From NCBI GenBank assembly GCA_900754175.1, contig CAAEBS010000130.1, forward strand, positions 1 through 42,683: a stretch of 42,683 nucleotides of DNA, in the 5' to 3' direction. Within the stretch, counting starts at the first letter, position 1, and each line of letters opens with the position of its first letter. Made by a program: the position numbers and the translations under genes. This DNA is from Clostridia bacterium (GTDB taxonomy: Bacteria; Bacillota; Clostridia; Oscillospirales; CAG-272). The notes under the pieces are model-generated. The model was not told the origin of the DNA. It searched no databases and saw only the letters and a list, made by a program, of their open reading frames with translations. Of this stretch, positions 9,845-18,893 are shown one piece after another.

Positions 9845-11053
9845 TTATTTGTCCTCCTTTCCGATCTCGGACGCTTCGGATATCATGCGATGATCCCCGA
9901 TAACCGCCCCTGCCGGCACTTCAATTTCCGCACCGACCACCGTGATGCCGCTTGCCTCGCTCCGGGGCTTTCCGATCTGTGCGCCCTCGCCGACCACCAC
10001 GTCGTGGTCCAGAATGGAATATTCCACCCGGGCGCCCTCGCCGACCACCACGTTTTCCATCAGAATGGAATCGCAGATCACAGCGCCTTTCATGACCCGC
10101 ACGCCGGCGCCCAGCACCGAATTGCAGACCGTTCCGTAAAGCTCGCATCCCTCGGTCAGCGAACAGTTGTCAAGCACGGCGTCCTTGCCCACGTACTGCG
10201 GGGCGTGCGGCTCGTGCCGGGAATACACCCGCCACTGCGGGTCGTCCAGCTGCAGGCGGGGATTGTCGCCCAGAAGGTCCATATTGGCTTCCCACAGGGA
10301 ATCTATGGTGCCCACGTCCTTCCAGTAACCGCTGAAAGGATAGGCAAACATTTTTTCGCCGGCGGCAAGCATCTTCGGAATCACGTTCTTTCCGAAGTCG
10401 TTTTCGCTTGCGGGGTCCTCCGCATCGGCTTTCAGATAGCGGTAGAGACATTCCCGGGAGAAAATATAGATGCCCATCGAAGCTTTGGTGCTGTCGGGAT
10501 TTTTCGGTTTTTCCGCAAATTTATAAATTTTTCCGTCGTCGTACACGCTCATGATGCCAAAGCGGCTCGCCTCGCTGAGCGGCACGTCAATGACCGCTAT
10601 GGTACAGTCGGCGTTGTTCGCCTTGTGGAACTCCAGCATTTTGAAATAATCCATCTTGTAGATATGGTCGCCCGACAGAACCAGAACGTAATCCGGGTCG
10701 TAGCGGTCGATAAACTCCATATTCTGATAGATCGCATTTGCCGTTCCCTTGTACCAGTCGGCACGCCGCTTGCCCTGATACGGGGGCAGGATCGTCACGC
10801 CGCCGAACGCACGGTCCAGATCCCACGGCAGACCGTTTCCGATATACGCATTGAGCACGAGCGGCTGATACTGCGTCAGAACGCCCACCGTATCAATTCC
10901 GGAATTGATACAGTTGGAAAGGGTAAAATCAATGATGCGGTACTTACCGCCGAAGGGTACTGCAGGCTTTGCTGTTTTTTCCGTCAGTGCATACAGACGG
11001 CTTCCCTGTCCGCCTGCCAAGAGCATGGCAACACATTCTTTTTTCCTGAACAT
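9845..11053 (-). CDS. glgC: Glucose-1-phosphate adenylyltransferase (ADP-glucose pyrophosphorylase)
   Basis: Carries the [10 protein letters not shown] nucleotide-binding loop and a hexapeptide-repeat C-terminus. There is a 1-nt gap to glgD. Confidence 0.93.
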   Translation of the reverse strand: MFRKKECVAMLLAGGQGSRLYALTEKTAKPAVPFGGKYRIIDFTLSNCINSGIDTVGVLTQYQPLVLNAYIGNGLPWDLDRAFGGVTILPPYQGKRRADWYKGTANAIYQNMEFIDRYDPDYVLVLSGDHIYKMDYFKMLEFHKANNADCTIAVIDVPLSEASRFGIMSVYDDGKIYKFAEKPKNPDSTKASMGIYIFSRECLYRYLKADAEDPASENDFGKNVIPKMLAAGEKMFAYPFSGYWKDVGTIDSLWEANMDLLGDNPRLQLDDPQWRVYSRHEPHAPQYVGKDAVLDNCSLTEGCELYGTVCNSVLGAGVRVMKGAVICDSILMENVVVGEGARVEYSILDHDVVVGEGAQIGKPRSEASGITVVGAEIEVPAGAVIGDHRMISEASEIGKEDK

Positions 11054-11137
11054 AAATTCCTCCGATGTTTATTTTCATGTCTTGCATGAAGATTTCTGAT
11101 TTTATCATTCTGTCCGGCGTCGCCGGTTTTTTTACGG

Positions 11138-13093
11138 TCATTTCCCGGCAGATGCGCCGCCCTCTTTTTTCCCGGTTCTTGCCGGCACGCTTTTTCTCTT
11201 TCGTCTGCAACGAAGGATCACCGCACCGAGCGGCGGCACCTCCAGGTGCAGAGAGTCCGGACAGCCGTTCCACGCCTTGCCGGTTGTTTTCAGGGCGTCC
11301 GGATTGCAGACGCCGCTTCCGCCGAAATCCACGGCGTCCGAATTGAAGATCTCCTCATACACGCCGCTGTACGGCACGCCGAGCAGGAATTTTTTCCGCA
11401 CCACCGGCGTGAAATTGATCAGCACGATCAGCTCCTTCCCCGCACGGTCGATCCTGCGGTAGGAAACAATGCTCTGATCCCGGTTGTCGGCGTCGATCCA
11501 CTGAAATCCCCCCCAGGAATCGTCGCACTCCCACAGCGGTGGATTTTCCAGATAAAAGTGGTTCAGCTCCGCCGTGTAGCGTTGCAGTTTTGCGTGGGAC
11601 TCATAGTCCAGCATGAACCACTCAATGCCGGAAGCGTAATCCCACTCCCGGAACTGCCCGAATTCACAGCCCATAAAGAGCAGCTTCTTGCCGGGGTGCG
11701 TCATCATATACGCAAGGAACGCCCGGGCAGACGCAAACTTCTGCCAGTAGTCCCCCGACATTTTATCCAGAAAAGATTTTTTGCCGTGCACCACCTCGTC
11801 GTGCGAGATCGGCAGGACAAATTTTTCGCTGAAAGCGTAAGTCAGCGAAAAAGTAAGCTTGTCGTGGTGATATTTCCGGTATACCGGGTCGGTCTGCGCA
11901 TAGGAAAGCGTATCGTTCATCCAGCCCATGTTCCACTTCATATCAAAGCCGAGACCGCCGCCGTCAAAGGTCGTCACGTTTGCCCATGCGGTGGATTCCT
12001 CTGCAATCATCAGCACGTCCGGATGCTTTTCTTTGATACAGGAATTCAGCTTCCGGAAAAAGGCGATCGCCTCCAGGCACCGGTTGTCCCCGTAGACGTT
12101 GGGGATCCACTCCCCGGGGCGCTTGTCGTAGTCCAGATAGATCATGGAAGCGACCGCATCCACCCGCAAGCCGTCCACGTGGTAGTGCTCCAGCCAGAAC
12201 ATGGCGCTGGAAACCAGGAAGGATTCCACCTCGTTGCGCCCGACGTCAAAACGCCTGGTGCCCCAGCCGTCGTGCTCCACCCGGTCGTCTCCCTGATATT
12301 CGTACAGGCGGCTGCCGTCAAATTCGTACAACCCGTGCTCGTCCTTCGGAAAGTGCGCCGGCACCCAGTCCAGAATCACGCCGACCCCCGCCTCGTGCAT
12401 GGTGTCGATAAAGCCCATAAAGTCTGCCGGCGTTCCGAAGCGTGCGCTCGGAGCGAAATAGGAGCACACCTGATACCCCCAGGAACCGTCAAACGGATAT
12501 TCCATCACCGGCATCAGCTCGATATGCGTATAGCCCATCTGCTTGACGTAGGAGGCAATATCGGGTGCGATCTCCGAATAGCTGTAATACGAGCCGTCCT
12601 CATGGCGCTTCCAGGAGGCGATCTGAAGCTCGTAGATATTGATCGGCTGACTGTAAAAGTTCTTCATGGCACGGCGCCGGTACTGCATCCAGCTCCCGTC
12701 CCGCCAGGAATAGCCGTCCGGCTTTGCAATGACGGACGCCGTAGCGGGCGGACATTCGGTTGCCTGCGCATACGGATCCGCCTTGTCGTGCGTCCCCGCT
12801 GCCGAGACCACCCGGAATTTATATTTGCATCCCGCCGGCACACTGCTTTCCGGCATCGACGCTTCCCATACGCCGCCCTCGGTCACCCGGATCATCGGCG
12901 TATCCTCCTGCCAGCCGTTGAAATCTCCGATCACGAACACCGAGCTTGCCCCCGGCGCCCATACACGGAAGATCATCTGCCCGCCTGTCCGGTGAGCGCC
13001 CAGATATTCCTGCGCATAATAGTTGGTTCCCTGATGAAAAAGATACGGCGCAATGTCGCTTTGTATATTCATGTATTTTTCTTCCTGTTCCAT
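11138..13093 (-). CDS. glgB: 1,4-alpha-glucan branching enzyme (GH13_9)
   Basis: Carries the DWVPAHF, GLRVDAVASM, IAEEST and ISHDEV motifs. The ATG at 13093 (MEQEEKY...) is preceded by AAGGAG. The track start at 13111 is a GTG. Confidence 0.92.
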   Translation of the reverse strand: MEQEEKYMNIQSDIAPYLFHQGTNYYAQEYLGAHRTGGQMIFRVWAPGASSVFVIGDFNGWQEDTPMIRVTEGGVWEASMPESSVPAGCKYKFRVVSAAGTHDKADPYAQATECPPATASVIAKPDGYSWRDGSWMQYRRRAMKNFYSQPINIYELQIASWKRHEDGSYYSYSEIAPDIASYVKQMGYTHIELMPVMEYPFDGSWGYQVCSYFAPSARFGTPADFMGFIDTMHEAGVGVILDWVPAHFPKDEHGLYEFDGSRLYEYQGDDRVEHDGWGTRRFDVGRNEVESFLVSSAMFWLEHYHVDGLRVDAVASMIYLDYDKRPGEWIPNVYGDNRCLEAIAFFRKLNSCIKEKHPDVLMIAEESTAWANVTTFDGGGLGFDMKWNMGWMNDTLSYAQTDPVYRKYHHDKLTFSLTYAFSEKFVLPISHDEVVHGKKSFLDKMSGDYWQKFASARAFLAYMMTHPGKKLLFMGCEFGQFREWDYASGIEWFMLDYESHAKLQRYTAELNHFYLENPPLWECDDSWGGFQWIDADNRDQSIVSYRRIDRAGKELIVLINFTPVVRKKFLLGVPYSGVYEEIFNSDAVDFGGSGVCNPDALKTTGKAWNGCPDSLHLEVPPLGAVILRCRRKRKSVPARTGKKEGGASAGK

Positions 13094-13133
13094 ATTGCTC
13101 CTTTTCTTCACAGCCTGCGCCGATCACTTTTTT

Positions 13134-13160
13134 ATTATATGCAAAAAGCGCTCCGATTAT
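13134..13160 (-). promoter_or_regulatory. Possible sigma-E-type promoter for the glg operon
   Basis: The minus strand reads agATAat-N14-CATATAAT about 40 nt upstream of the glgB start. This resembles the Bacillus sigma-E consensus (kmATAww-N14-CATACAhT, quoted from memory), with mismatches. No good TTGACA -35 element is present. Confidence 0.3.
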
Positions 13161-13298
13161 CTTACCGCAACGCACAAATCCCCGCACCGGTACGCAAAAT
13201 ATTTTGCTAAAAAACGTGGGCTGTGTGCTTCTGCGCTTTTCGCAAAGCACATTTCAGCGCAACAGCCCGTTCCGGTTACAAAGAAATCACATTCCCTC

Positions 13299-13601
13299 TT
13301 AATTCACTTCGGTATAAAAAACAATTTCGTCAGGAAAGCACATTCCAAGCTTTTCTCTTGCAATACGGATCTTATACGCATCGTCAAGAGGAGCGTCTAC
13401 AAGATATTGCAGTTCTTCAATTTCATCCGTGAGATTCCGGATATATTCGGTGTTTTTGTTCTTGTCCTCTATGATCTTATTGTACTTCATCATGCTCCAT
13501 AGGAAGAACGCCACGGCAAACACGAACAGAAATGCCAGAAACACCCGGATAAGAACCGCCGCACGGTTTTTACTCCCGATAAAATATCTGTTTTTTACCA
13601 T
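13299..13601 (-). CDS. divIC: Septum formation initiator family protein (DivIC/FtsB-like)
   Basis: Short bitopic protein with one TM helix followed by a coiled-coil (EDKNKNTEYIRNLTDEIEELQ) and a KIRIAREKLGM tail. It follows yabQ as in Bacillus. The start at 13601 is preceded by AAGGAGG. Confidence 0.85.
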   Translation of the reverse strand: MVKNRYFIGSKNRAAVLIRVFLAFLFVFAVAFFLWSMMKYNKIIEDKNKNTEYIRNLTDEIEELQYLVDAPLDDAYKIRIAREKLGMCFPDEIVFYTEVN

Positions 13602-13630
13602 TTTTTCCTCCTTGCCTCTGACCAAAGCCC

Positions 13631-14248
13631 CTACGGCACATCCTCGCTCAGAAAACCGTTGCCCGCCTCTTGCCGCAACCTTTTCTGCTCATTTTTATTA
13701 TACAACTTTTTCTTTCTTTTTGCAATAGCTGTCTGAAAAAATATCCGGATTCTTTCCATTTTTTTCATAAAAAAACGGTAAAACAGACAAAAAGGGCGCA
13801 AAAACAGTCCGAAAACAATCGTAAGTGTTGCACGGATGAGGAAAACGATCCCCTCCGATACAAGCATTACCAGTTTTCCCAGCGTGAAGTAATACACCGC
13901 AAAGCCTGCGATCATGGCGAATACGGTATAAAAGGGGAACCTGCCCTGATTCATTTCGTAATTCAGGATCACAAGTCCGACCCCCGCCGTGAGAAACAGA
14001 AACACGTCCTGAAAGAAGATCAGAACCTGAAGCAGAGCTCCGGAAAAGCGCCCCTGTTTTCCCCGGTTCAGCGGGCGGTGGATCAGCGGCAGTTCCCTTT
14101 CGTACCACCTGCCAAACCTTTTTTCCGAGTACCTGACGCCGCAAAAGACCCTCAAAATCCGGCTGACGTCGTTCACCCCGCCGAGGATCGCCCCGAAGGC
14201 AAAGGAGTACAGAAGCAGCCGGAACAGCAAGATCGGTGATATTTCCAT
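13631..14248 (-). CDS. yabQ: Spore cortex biosynthesis protein YabQ
   Basis: Multi-TM protein with the N-terminus MEISPILLFRLLLYSFAFGAILGGVNDV, typical of YabQ. It lies directly after yabP with a 3-nt gap. Confidence 0.8.
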   Translation of the reverse strand: MEISPILLFRLLLYSFAFGAILGGVNDVSRILRVFCGVRYSEKRFGRWYERELPLIHRPLNRGKQGRFSGALLQVLIFFQDVFLFLTAGVGLVILNYEMNQGRFPFYTVFAMIAGFAVYYFTLGKLVMLVSEGIVFLIRATLTIVFGLFLRPFCLFYRFFMKKMERIRIFFQTAIAKRKKKLYNKNEQKRLRQEAGNGFLSEDVP

Positions 14249-14251
14249 AGG

Positions 14252-14533
14252 TTACCGGAAGAGCTTGCCGAAAAAGCCGGATTTTTTCTCATCGGCGGTG
14301 TCGGCGGAATAATAAACGGCGTCCACCCTGCCGCTCAGGGTCACAACGCCCCTGTCGGTATCCAGCGTACCGATCTTCATATCGCTCCCCTCCACGCTCA
14401 TCTCCCCGCACAGCGTGCGGAGAATGACCGACGTTTCGTCAAAGCTGATCACCTCCGTGACCCCCTCGATCTCCATTTCCTTTCTCTGATGCAACCGAAA
14501 ACCGTGCGCATTGCCGGTAGCCGAACCGTTCAT
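14252..14533 (-). CDS. yabP: Sporulation protein YabP
   Basis: About 93 aa with the pattern IEGVTEVISFDETSVILRT..G.M.VEG..MKI..L....G.V.L.G.VDAV.Y characteristic of YabP. The start at 14533 is preceded by GGAGGTG. Confidence 0.85.
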   Translation of the reverse strand: MNGSATGNAHGFRLHQRKEMEIEGVTEVISFDETSVILRTLCGEMSVEGSDMKIGTLDTDRGVVTLSGRVDAVYYSADTADEKKSGFFGKLFR

Positions 14534-14579
14534 AAAAAACACCTCCGCAGGAATGATTCACTGTCATCCTATGCGGAGG
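14534..14579 (-). promoter_or_regulatory. Terminator-like hairpin sequestering the yabP Shine-Dalgarno sequence
   Basis: The minus strand reads CCTCCGCA-(imperfect inner helix)-TGCGGAGG-tg-TTTTTT-ATG. The 3' arm of the outer 8-bp stem is the yabP RBS, and the U-tract abuts the start codon. Confidence 0.55.
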
Positions 14580-14610
14580 TAAGTCCGAATATGCACAAAC
14601 GGCGCCGACG

Positions 14611-14856
14611 TCAGGCGTCCAGCACCTCATACATTTCGGCGGCGTTGGCTTTTGCCACGTTTTCACGCACGCTGAGGACCCGGAACTTCAGCGTCCTCTG
14701 CCCGAAGATGATCTCTACGATATCCCCTTCCTTTACGTCGTAGGAAGCCTTGGCACGTCTGCCGTTCACCGTAACGTGCTCGGTGTCGCAGGCGTCGTTT
14801 GCCACGGTGCGGCGCTTGATGATCCGGGACACCTTGAGAAATTTATCCAATCTCAT
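14611..14856 (-). CDS. yabO: RNA-binding S4-domain protein (YabO / Hsp15-like)
   Basis: The N-terminus MRLDKFLKVSRIIKRRTVA...V.VNGR.AK....VK.GD is an S4 domain signature. At 81 aa it sits upstream of yabP as in Bacillus. Confidence 0.85.
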   Translation of the reverse strand: MRLDKFLKVSRIIKRRTVANDACDTEHVTVNGRRAKASYDVKEGDIVEIIFGQRTLKFRVLSVRENVAKANAAEMYEVLDA

Positions 14857-14870
14857 AACTACTCCGTTTC

Positions 14871-14906
14871 AAAAATGCGGGCGAAGGAAACCCTCCGCCC
14901 GCATTT
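14871..14906 (-). terminator. Rho-independent terminator of hup
   Basis: Hairpin aaatgcgggcg / cgcccgcattt of about 11 bp, followed on the minus strand by TTTTT. It lies 8 nt after the hup stop and about 15 nt before the yabO start. Confidence 0.75.
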
Positions 14907-14913
14907 ATAGTAA

Positions 14914-15186
14914 TCAGTTTACGGAATCCTTCAGAGCCTTGCCGGCAGTGAAAGCAGGATGCTTGGAAGCGGCGATCTTGATGGTCTCGCCGGTCTTGGG
15001 GTTACGGCCTTCTCTTGCGGCTCTCTCTTTTACTTCAAACGTTCCGAAGCCAACCAGCTGGATCTTGTCGCCAGCCTTCAGAGCTTCTGCAATTACGTCG
15101 GTCATTGCATTCAGAGCTGCCTCAGCCTCTTTCTTCTTCAATCCGGACTTTTCCACGATTGCATCAATAAACTGTGTCTTGTTCAT
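14914..15186 (-). CDS. hup: HU family DNA-binding protein
   Basis: 90 aa. The sequence [27 protein letters not shown]...[44 protein letters not shown] is a near-consensus HU sequence. Confidence 0.95.
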   Translation of the reverse strand: MNKTQFIDAIVEKSGLKKKEAEAALNAMTDVIAEALKAGDKIQLVGFGTFEVKERAAREGRNPKTGETIKIAASKHPAFTAGKALKDSVN

Positions 15187-15249
15187 TTTACTTTACCTTT
15201 CTTTTACAAAATTTTTTCAGGGGAAACCCCTGCATAAGGTGTTACACAC

Positions 15250-15278
15250 ATTATACCATACTTTTTCCGGAATATCAA
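15250..15278 (-). promoter_or_regulatory. SigA-type promoter of hup
   Basis: The minus strand reads TTGATA-N17-TATAAT with an upstream TG (extended -10). A 5'UTR hairpin caggggtttcccctg follows. Confidence 0.7.
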
Positions 15279-15321
15279 GTATTTTCTTGCTTTTTTCTCC
15301 AAAAAATTTATTTTTTGCGTA

Positions 15322-16128
15322 TTATTTATGTTTATTTTCATTCCAAATGCGATTCAGCTCCTCCGAGGAGAGGTTTTCCATGGTTTTTCCCTCGGCTGTA
15401 ACCGCATTTTCCAGCAATTCAAAGCGCCGGATGAACTTATCGGTGGCACGGTTGAGCGCCACTTCGGGGTCTATGGAGAGCTTGCGGCAAAGAGAGGTAA
15501 TGCTCAGCAAAAGGTCGCCGACCTCCTCCTCGCAGGCGTCCGCATCTCCCGCCACCGAAGCCACTCTCAGCTCCGCCATTTCCTCGTGGATCTTCTCCAC
15601 GACCTCGTCCTCATCCGCAAAGTCAAAGCACTTTGCCTTTTTCCCCACCTTTTCCGCCCGCATCAGCGCCGGCAGCATCGGCGGGATCGCTTTCAGCTTG
15701 TCGGTAATCGTATTGCGGTGCTTTTCCTCGCTTTTGATCTTCTCCCAGTTGGAGAGGACCTTATCCGACGTATCCGCACTGACCTCCCCGAAAACGTGGG
15801 GGTGCCGGTGAATCAGCTTGACGCAGATGTCGTTTGCCACGTCATCCATTGTAAAGCGCTCGGCTTCCCTTTCGATCTGGGCGTGAAACACGACCTGAAG
15901 AAGCACGTCGCCCAGCTCCTCCCGCAAAAGCGTCGGATTTTCGGTGTCGATTGCCTCCACCACCTCATAGGTCTCCTCGATCAGATCCTTGCGGATGCTC
16001 TTGTGGTCCTGCTCCCGGTCCCAGGGACATCCTTTGTCGGAGCGCAACACCTCCACAAGCAACACAAGGTCGTCAAAGCCGTAGCTTTTCTTTTCCAGCA
16101 GATAGCGGATTTTTTCGTCAGTGGTCAT
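15322..16128 (-). CDS. mazG: Nucleoside triphosphate pyrophosphohydrolase MazG
   Basis: Tandem MazG domains with the GCPWDREQ and EEhxExhEA-type motifs. 268 aa, with a 1-nt gap after the flippase gene. Confidence 0.9.
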   Translation of the reverse strand: MTTDEKIRYLLEKKSYGFDDLVLLVEVLRSDKGCPWDREQDHKSIRKDLIEETYEVVEAIDTENPTLLREELGDVLLQVVFHAQIEREAERFTMDDVANDICVKLIHRHPHVFGEVSADTSDKVLSNWEKIKSEEKHRNTITDKLKAIPPMLPALMRAEKVGKKAKCFDFADEDEVVEKIHEEMAELRVASVAGDADACEEEVGDLLLSITSLCRKLSIDPEVALNRATDKFIRRFELLENAVTAEGKTMENLSSEELNRIWNENKHK

Positions 16129-16129
16129 T

Positions 16130-17818
16130 TCAGCTTTCCTTTCTTTTCGGCGGCGGTTCGGAAAATGCCGCCGTTTCTTTGGTCTTTGTTTTCTCCTCCC
16201 TCAGAAATCCGAGACGCCGGACGCCGGGGATGAGCAACAGATCTTCTTTTGTCACGCTCCGGGTCAGGAGCGCAAAGAACAGATATGCCGGTACCGCTAT
16301 CACAAAGGCGACCGGAAACGCCAGCGCCGGATGCCGGAAAAGCAACAGAAAATATACGGCGTAGGAGATCCCGAGCGAGCAGACCGAGGCGGCAAAGGGG
16401 CGGAAAAAGATCCGCAGAGCCTCGCCTGCGTGCGGCACCAGGCGGTACAGAAAAATCATATTCATCAGAATTACGGTAAGGTTGCACAGAAACGTGCTGA
16501 CCGGTGCGCCGTAAACACCTACGTCCGGATTTCCGATCAGAATCCATGCGCTCAGCGCCTTGACCGCCGCTCCGACCGCCATGGAAAGAATGGGCAGACC
16601 GGTCCTGCGGTACGCCTGCAACACAGCGTTGGTCGTGGTAATCAGGCAGGAAAAGAGCACCGACGGTCCGAGCACCGACAAAAGCGGTGCGGCAACCGCC
16701 ACTGCCTGCGACTGTCCCGCAAAAAGCAGGGACAGAATGGGAGTGGCATACAGAGCAATCCCGAACGAAGCGGGCATTGCCAGAAGAACGGTCAGGCGAA
16801 GAGAATCGCTGACCACCTGTGTCTGCGCACGATGGTTCCCGCCCTCCACGGCGGCGGAGAGCCGGGGCAACAGCGAAAGCGAGACCGGCGTGACCAGTGC
16901 CGGAATCAGGCTGAACACAGGCAGGGCAAGCGTGGTATAGGCGCCGTAAATCTCGTTGGCACGAGCCACGCTCACGCCGATCCCCTCCAGGCGGCGCAGG
17001 ATCAGCGCCATATCCAGAAGCCGTGTCACACTGAGAACGGCAGAGCTTACGGTGATGGGAAAGGCAATTTTTATCAGGGTTCCGAACGCCCGGTAGCCCT
17101 TTTGCTCCTCAAAGCTCCCCTCCCTGCCCGCCCGGCGCTTCTCACGCAGACGGCAGAACAGCAGATACCCGGCGGAAAGCGCCGTTCCAAGCGTAAGTCC
17201 TGCCACGGCAAATGCCGCCACGATCGGGATCTCATATCCTTTTTTCAGAGCATACGAGGCAAACCATATTCCGAAGGCAAGCTTTCCGACCGCCTCCAGA
17301 AGCTGGGACAGCGCCGTGGGAAGCATTTTCCGGTACCCCTGAAAATATCCCCGCACCGCCCCTGAAAAGCAGACGAATACCAGTGCGGGCGCTATGGCAA
17401 GGATACACGCCTCCGCCAGCGGATTGCCGATGGCAAGCGCCAGGCGGTACGCAAAGCAGGACAGAACCAGCGCTCCCACACAGCCGAACGCCATAAAGAT
17501 GCCCAGCGCACAGCGGTAGATCCGGTTTACGCAGTATCCGGCAGACACTCCGCCCTTTTCCTCCTCGGCGGCAATCAACAGCGAGAGCGCCACCGGCAGT
17601 CCCGCCGTGGAGATCACGCACAGAAGCGCATAGATCTCATACGCCGAATTGAAATAGCCCATGCCCTCCGCACCGAGGTACGAAAGCATCGGAATCTTGT
17701 AAGCCAGACCGATCAGCTTGACGAGGATCGTCGAAACCGAAAGGACGAAAACGCCCGACAAAAAGCCGCCCCGCTCCCGTCCGGCGACCGATTCCCTCTT
17801 TTTTTCCGTATGCTTCAT
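16130..17818 (-). CDS. MOP-superfamily polysaccharide/lipid II flippase (SpoVB / YabM-like)
   Basis: 562 aa with about 14 predicted TM helices. The N-terminus ...ILVKLIGLAYKIPMLSYLGAEGMGYFNSAYEIYALL is typical of SpoVB/MurJ-like proteins. It occupies the yabM position upstream of mazG. Confidence 0.85.
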   Translation of the reverse strand: MKHTEKKRESVAGRERGGFLSGVFVLSVSTILVKLIGLAYKIPMLSYLGAEGMGYFNSAYEIYALLCVISTAGLPVALSLLIAAEEEKGGVSAGYCVNRIYRCALGIFMAFGCVGALVLSCFAYRLALAIGNPLAEACILAIAPALVFVCFSGAVRGYFQGYRKMLPTALSQLLEAVGKLAFGIWFASYALKKGYEIPIVAAFAVAGLTLGTALSAGYLLFCRLREKRRAGREGSFEEQKGYRAFGTLIKIAFPITVSSAVLSVTRLLDMALILRRLEGIGVSVARANEIYGAYTTLALPVFSLIPALVTPVSLSLLPRLSAAVEGGNHRAQTQVVSDSLRLTVLLAMPASFGIALYATPILSLLFAGQSQAVAVAAPLLSVLGPSVLFSCLITTTNAVLQAYRRTGLPILSMAVGAAVKALSAWILIGNPDVGVYGAPVSTFLCNLTVILMNMIFLYRLVPHAGEALRIFFRPFAASVCSLGISYAVYFLLLFRHPALAFPVAFVIAVPAYLFFALLTRSVTKEDLLLIPGVRRLGFLREEKTKTKETAAFSEPPPKRKES

Positions 17819-17859
17819 GCTTTACCCGCTCTTTCCCATACCGTATATTCCTTGGTTTT

Positions 17860-17886
17860 ATTGTATGAGAAAAGAACAAGCCGTAT
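17860..17886 (-). promoter_or_regulatory. Possible sigma-E-type promoter of the spoVB-like flippase
   Basis: The minus strand reads GAATAcg-N14-CATACAAT about 42 nt upstream of the start codon. This is a good match to the Bacillus sigma-E consensus (from memory); spoVB is sigma-E dependent in B. subtilis. Confidence 0.4.
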
Positions 17887-17919
17887 TCCCAAAGCATACA
17901 GATTATGTAGCGTGCCGGC

Positions 17920-18813
17920 TCAGACGAATTCCCGGTAAAGCGAATCCTCACCGATAAGCGAGGCAGAAATGGGCTGTGCGCTTCTGATCTGCTCCAGAAT
18001 GGCGCCCGCCTGTTCCAGATAGGCGCTGTCGTCCGGAAGCTCCGCCAGAATCCGCTCCAGATACGGTTTCAGCACCCCGATCTCATAGGGCATGGCGGAA
18101 TCAATATGCAGAGCGCAGTCGTCCGAATACGGAAAAATATTCTTTTCCTCGTTTTCCCGCACGCTCTGCCACATTTTCAGAGTGGTCTGCGCCGAGGTTC
18201 CCCGGAAATTGAAATCCCGCACCAGGCGGCGCAAAAGCCGAAGCTCGTTTGGCAGATAGACCTGCCCGCCCACCGTCACCGGCGTTTCCGGGGCGATGAA
18301 CACGCCGAAGGAACCGTACTGCCCGAACAGCGCCGAAACGCCGGGATACAGCACCTGGATCCCCTCTATGATAAAAACGTCCTCCTCACTGATCTGAAAC
18401 ACCCTGCCCGGCACCCGTTTCCCGACGCAGAAATCAAAGGCGGGGCTGTGGACGGTGTCCGAGGTAAAAATCTCCCTCACAAACACCTCCAGTGCCTGCA
18501 GGTCTATGGTGTCCTCGGAGTCGTAATCCACTTCTTTCAGTCCCTTTTGCCGGGACAGCTCCTCCAGATACACCTTGTCGTGATAAAAATCGTCGATCGA
18601 CACGATATGTGCCTGTCGTCCTCTGGCGTTCAGCTCCCGGACGATCATTTTCGCCGCCGTGGTCTTTCCCGAACAGGTGGGACCGGTCAGGCGGCAAAGA
18701 CGCACACCGGATGCCAGAAGCTCCTCCGAGATCCGGCAAAGCCTCCCCTGAAAGTCGGCTTCGCAGGCGTCTATCCATTCCTTTTTTTGCTGTACGGTAT
18801 ACAGCTCCGACAT
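17920..18813 (-). CDS. Uridine-kinase/phosphoribulokinase-family P-loop nucleoside kinase-like protein
   Basis: Carries Walker A GPTCSGKTT, then SIDDFYH and a Udk-like core. An N-terminal ~35 aa and a C-terminal ~90-aa extension have unknown function. Confidence 0.75.
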   Translation of the reverse strand: MSELYTVQQKKEWIDACEADFQGRLCRISEELLASGVRLCRLTGPTCSGKTTAAKMIVRELNARGRQAHIVSIDDFYHDKVYLEELSRQKGLKEVDYDSEDTIDLQALEVFVREIFTSDTVHSPAFDFCVGKRVPGRVFQISEEDVFIIEGIQVLYPGVSALFGQYGSFGVFIAPETPVTVGGQVYLPNELRLLRRLVRDFNFRGTSAQTTLKMWQSVRENEEKNIFPYSDDCALHIDSAMPYEIGVLKPYLERILAELPDDSAYLEQAGAILEQIRSAQPISASLIGEDSLYREFV

Positions 18814-18893
18814 AAAATCACCTCCGAATCAGAAAAAATCCCGAGAGGTCAAATCCATGCCTGATGACAGTCATCAGACCGAGGTCGGTTATT

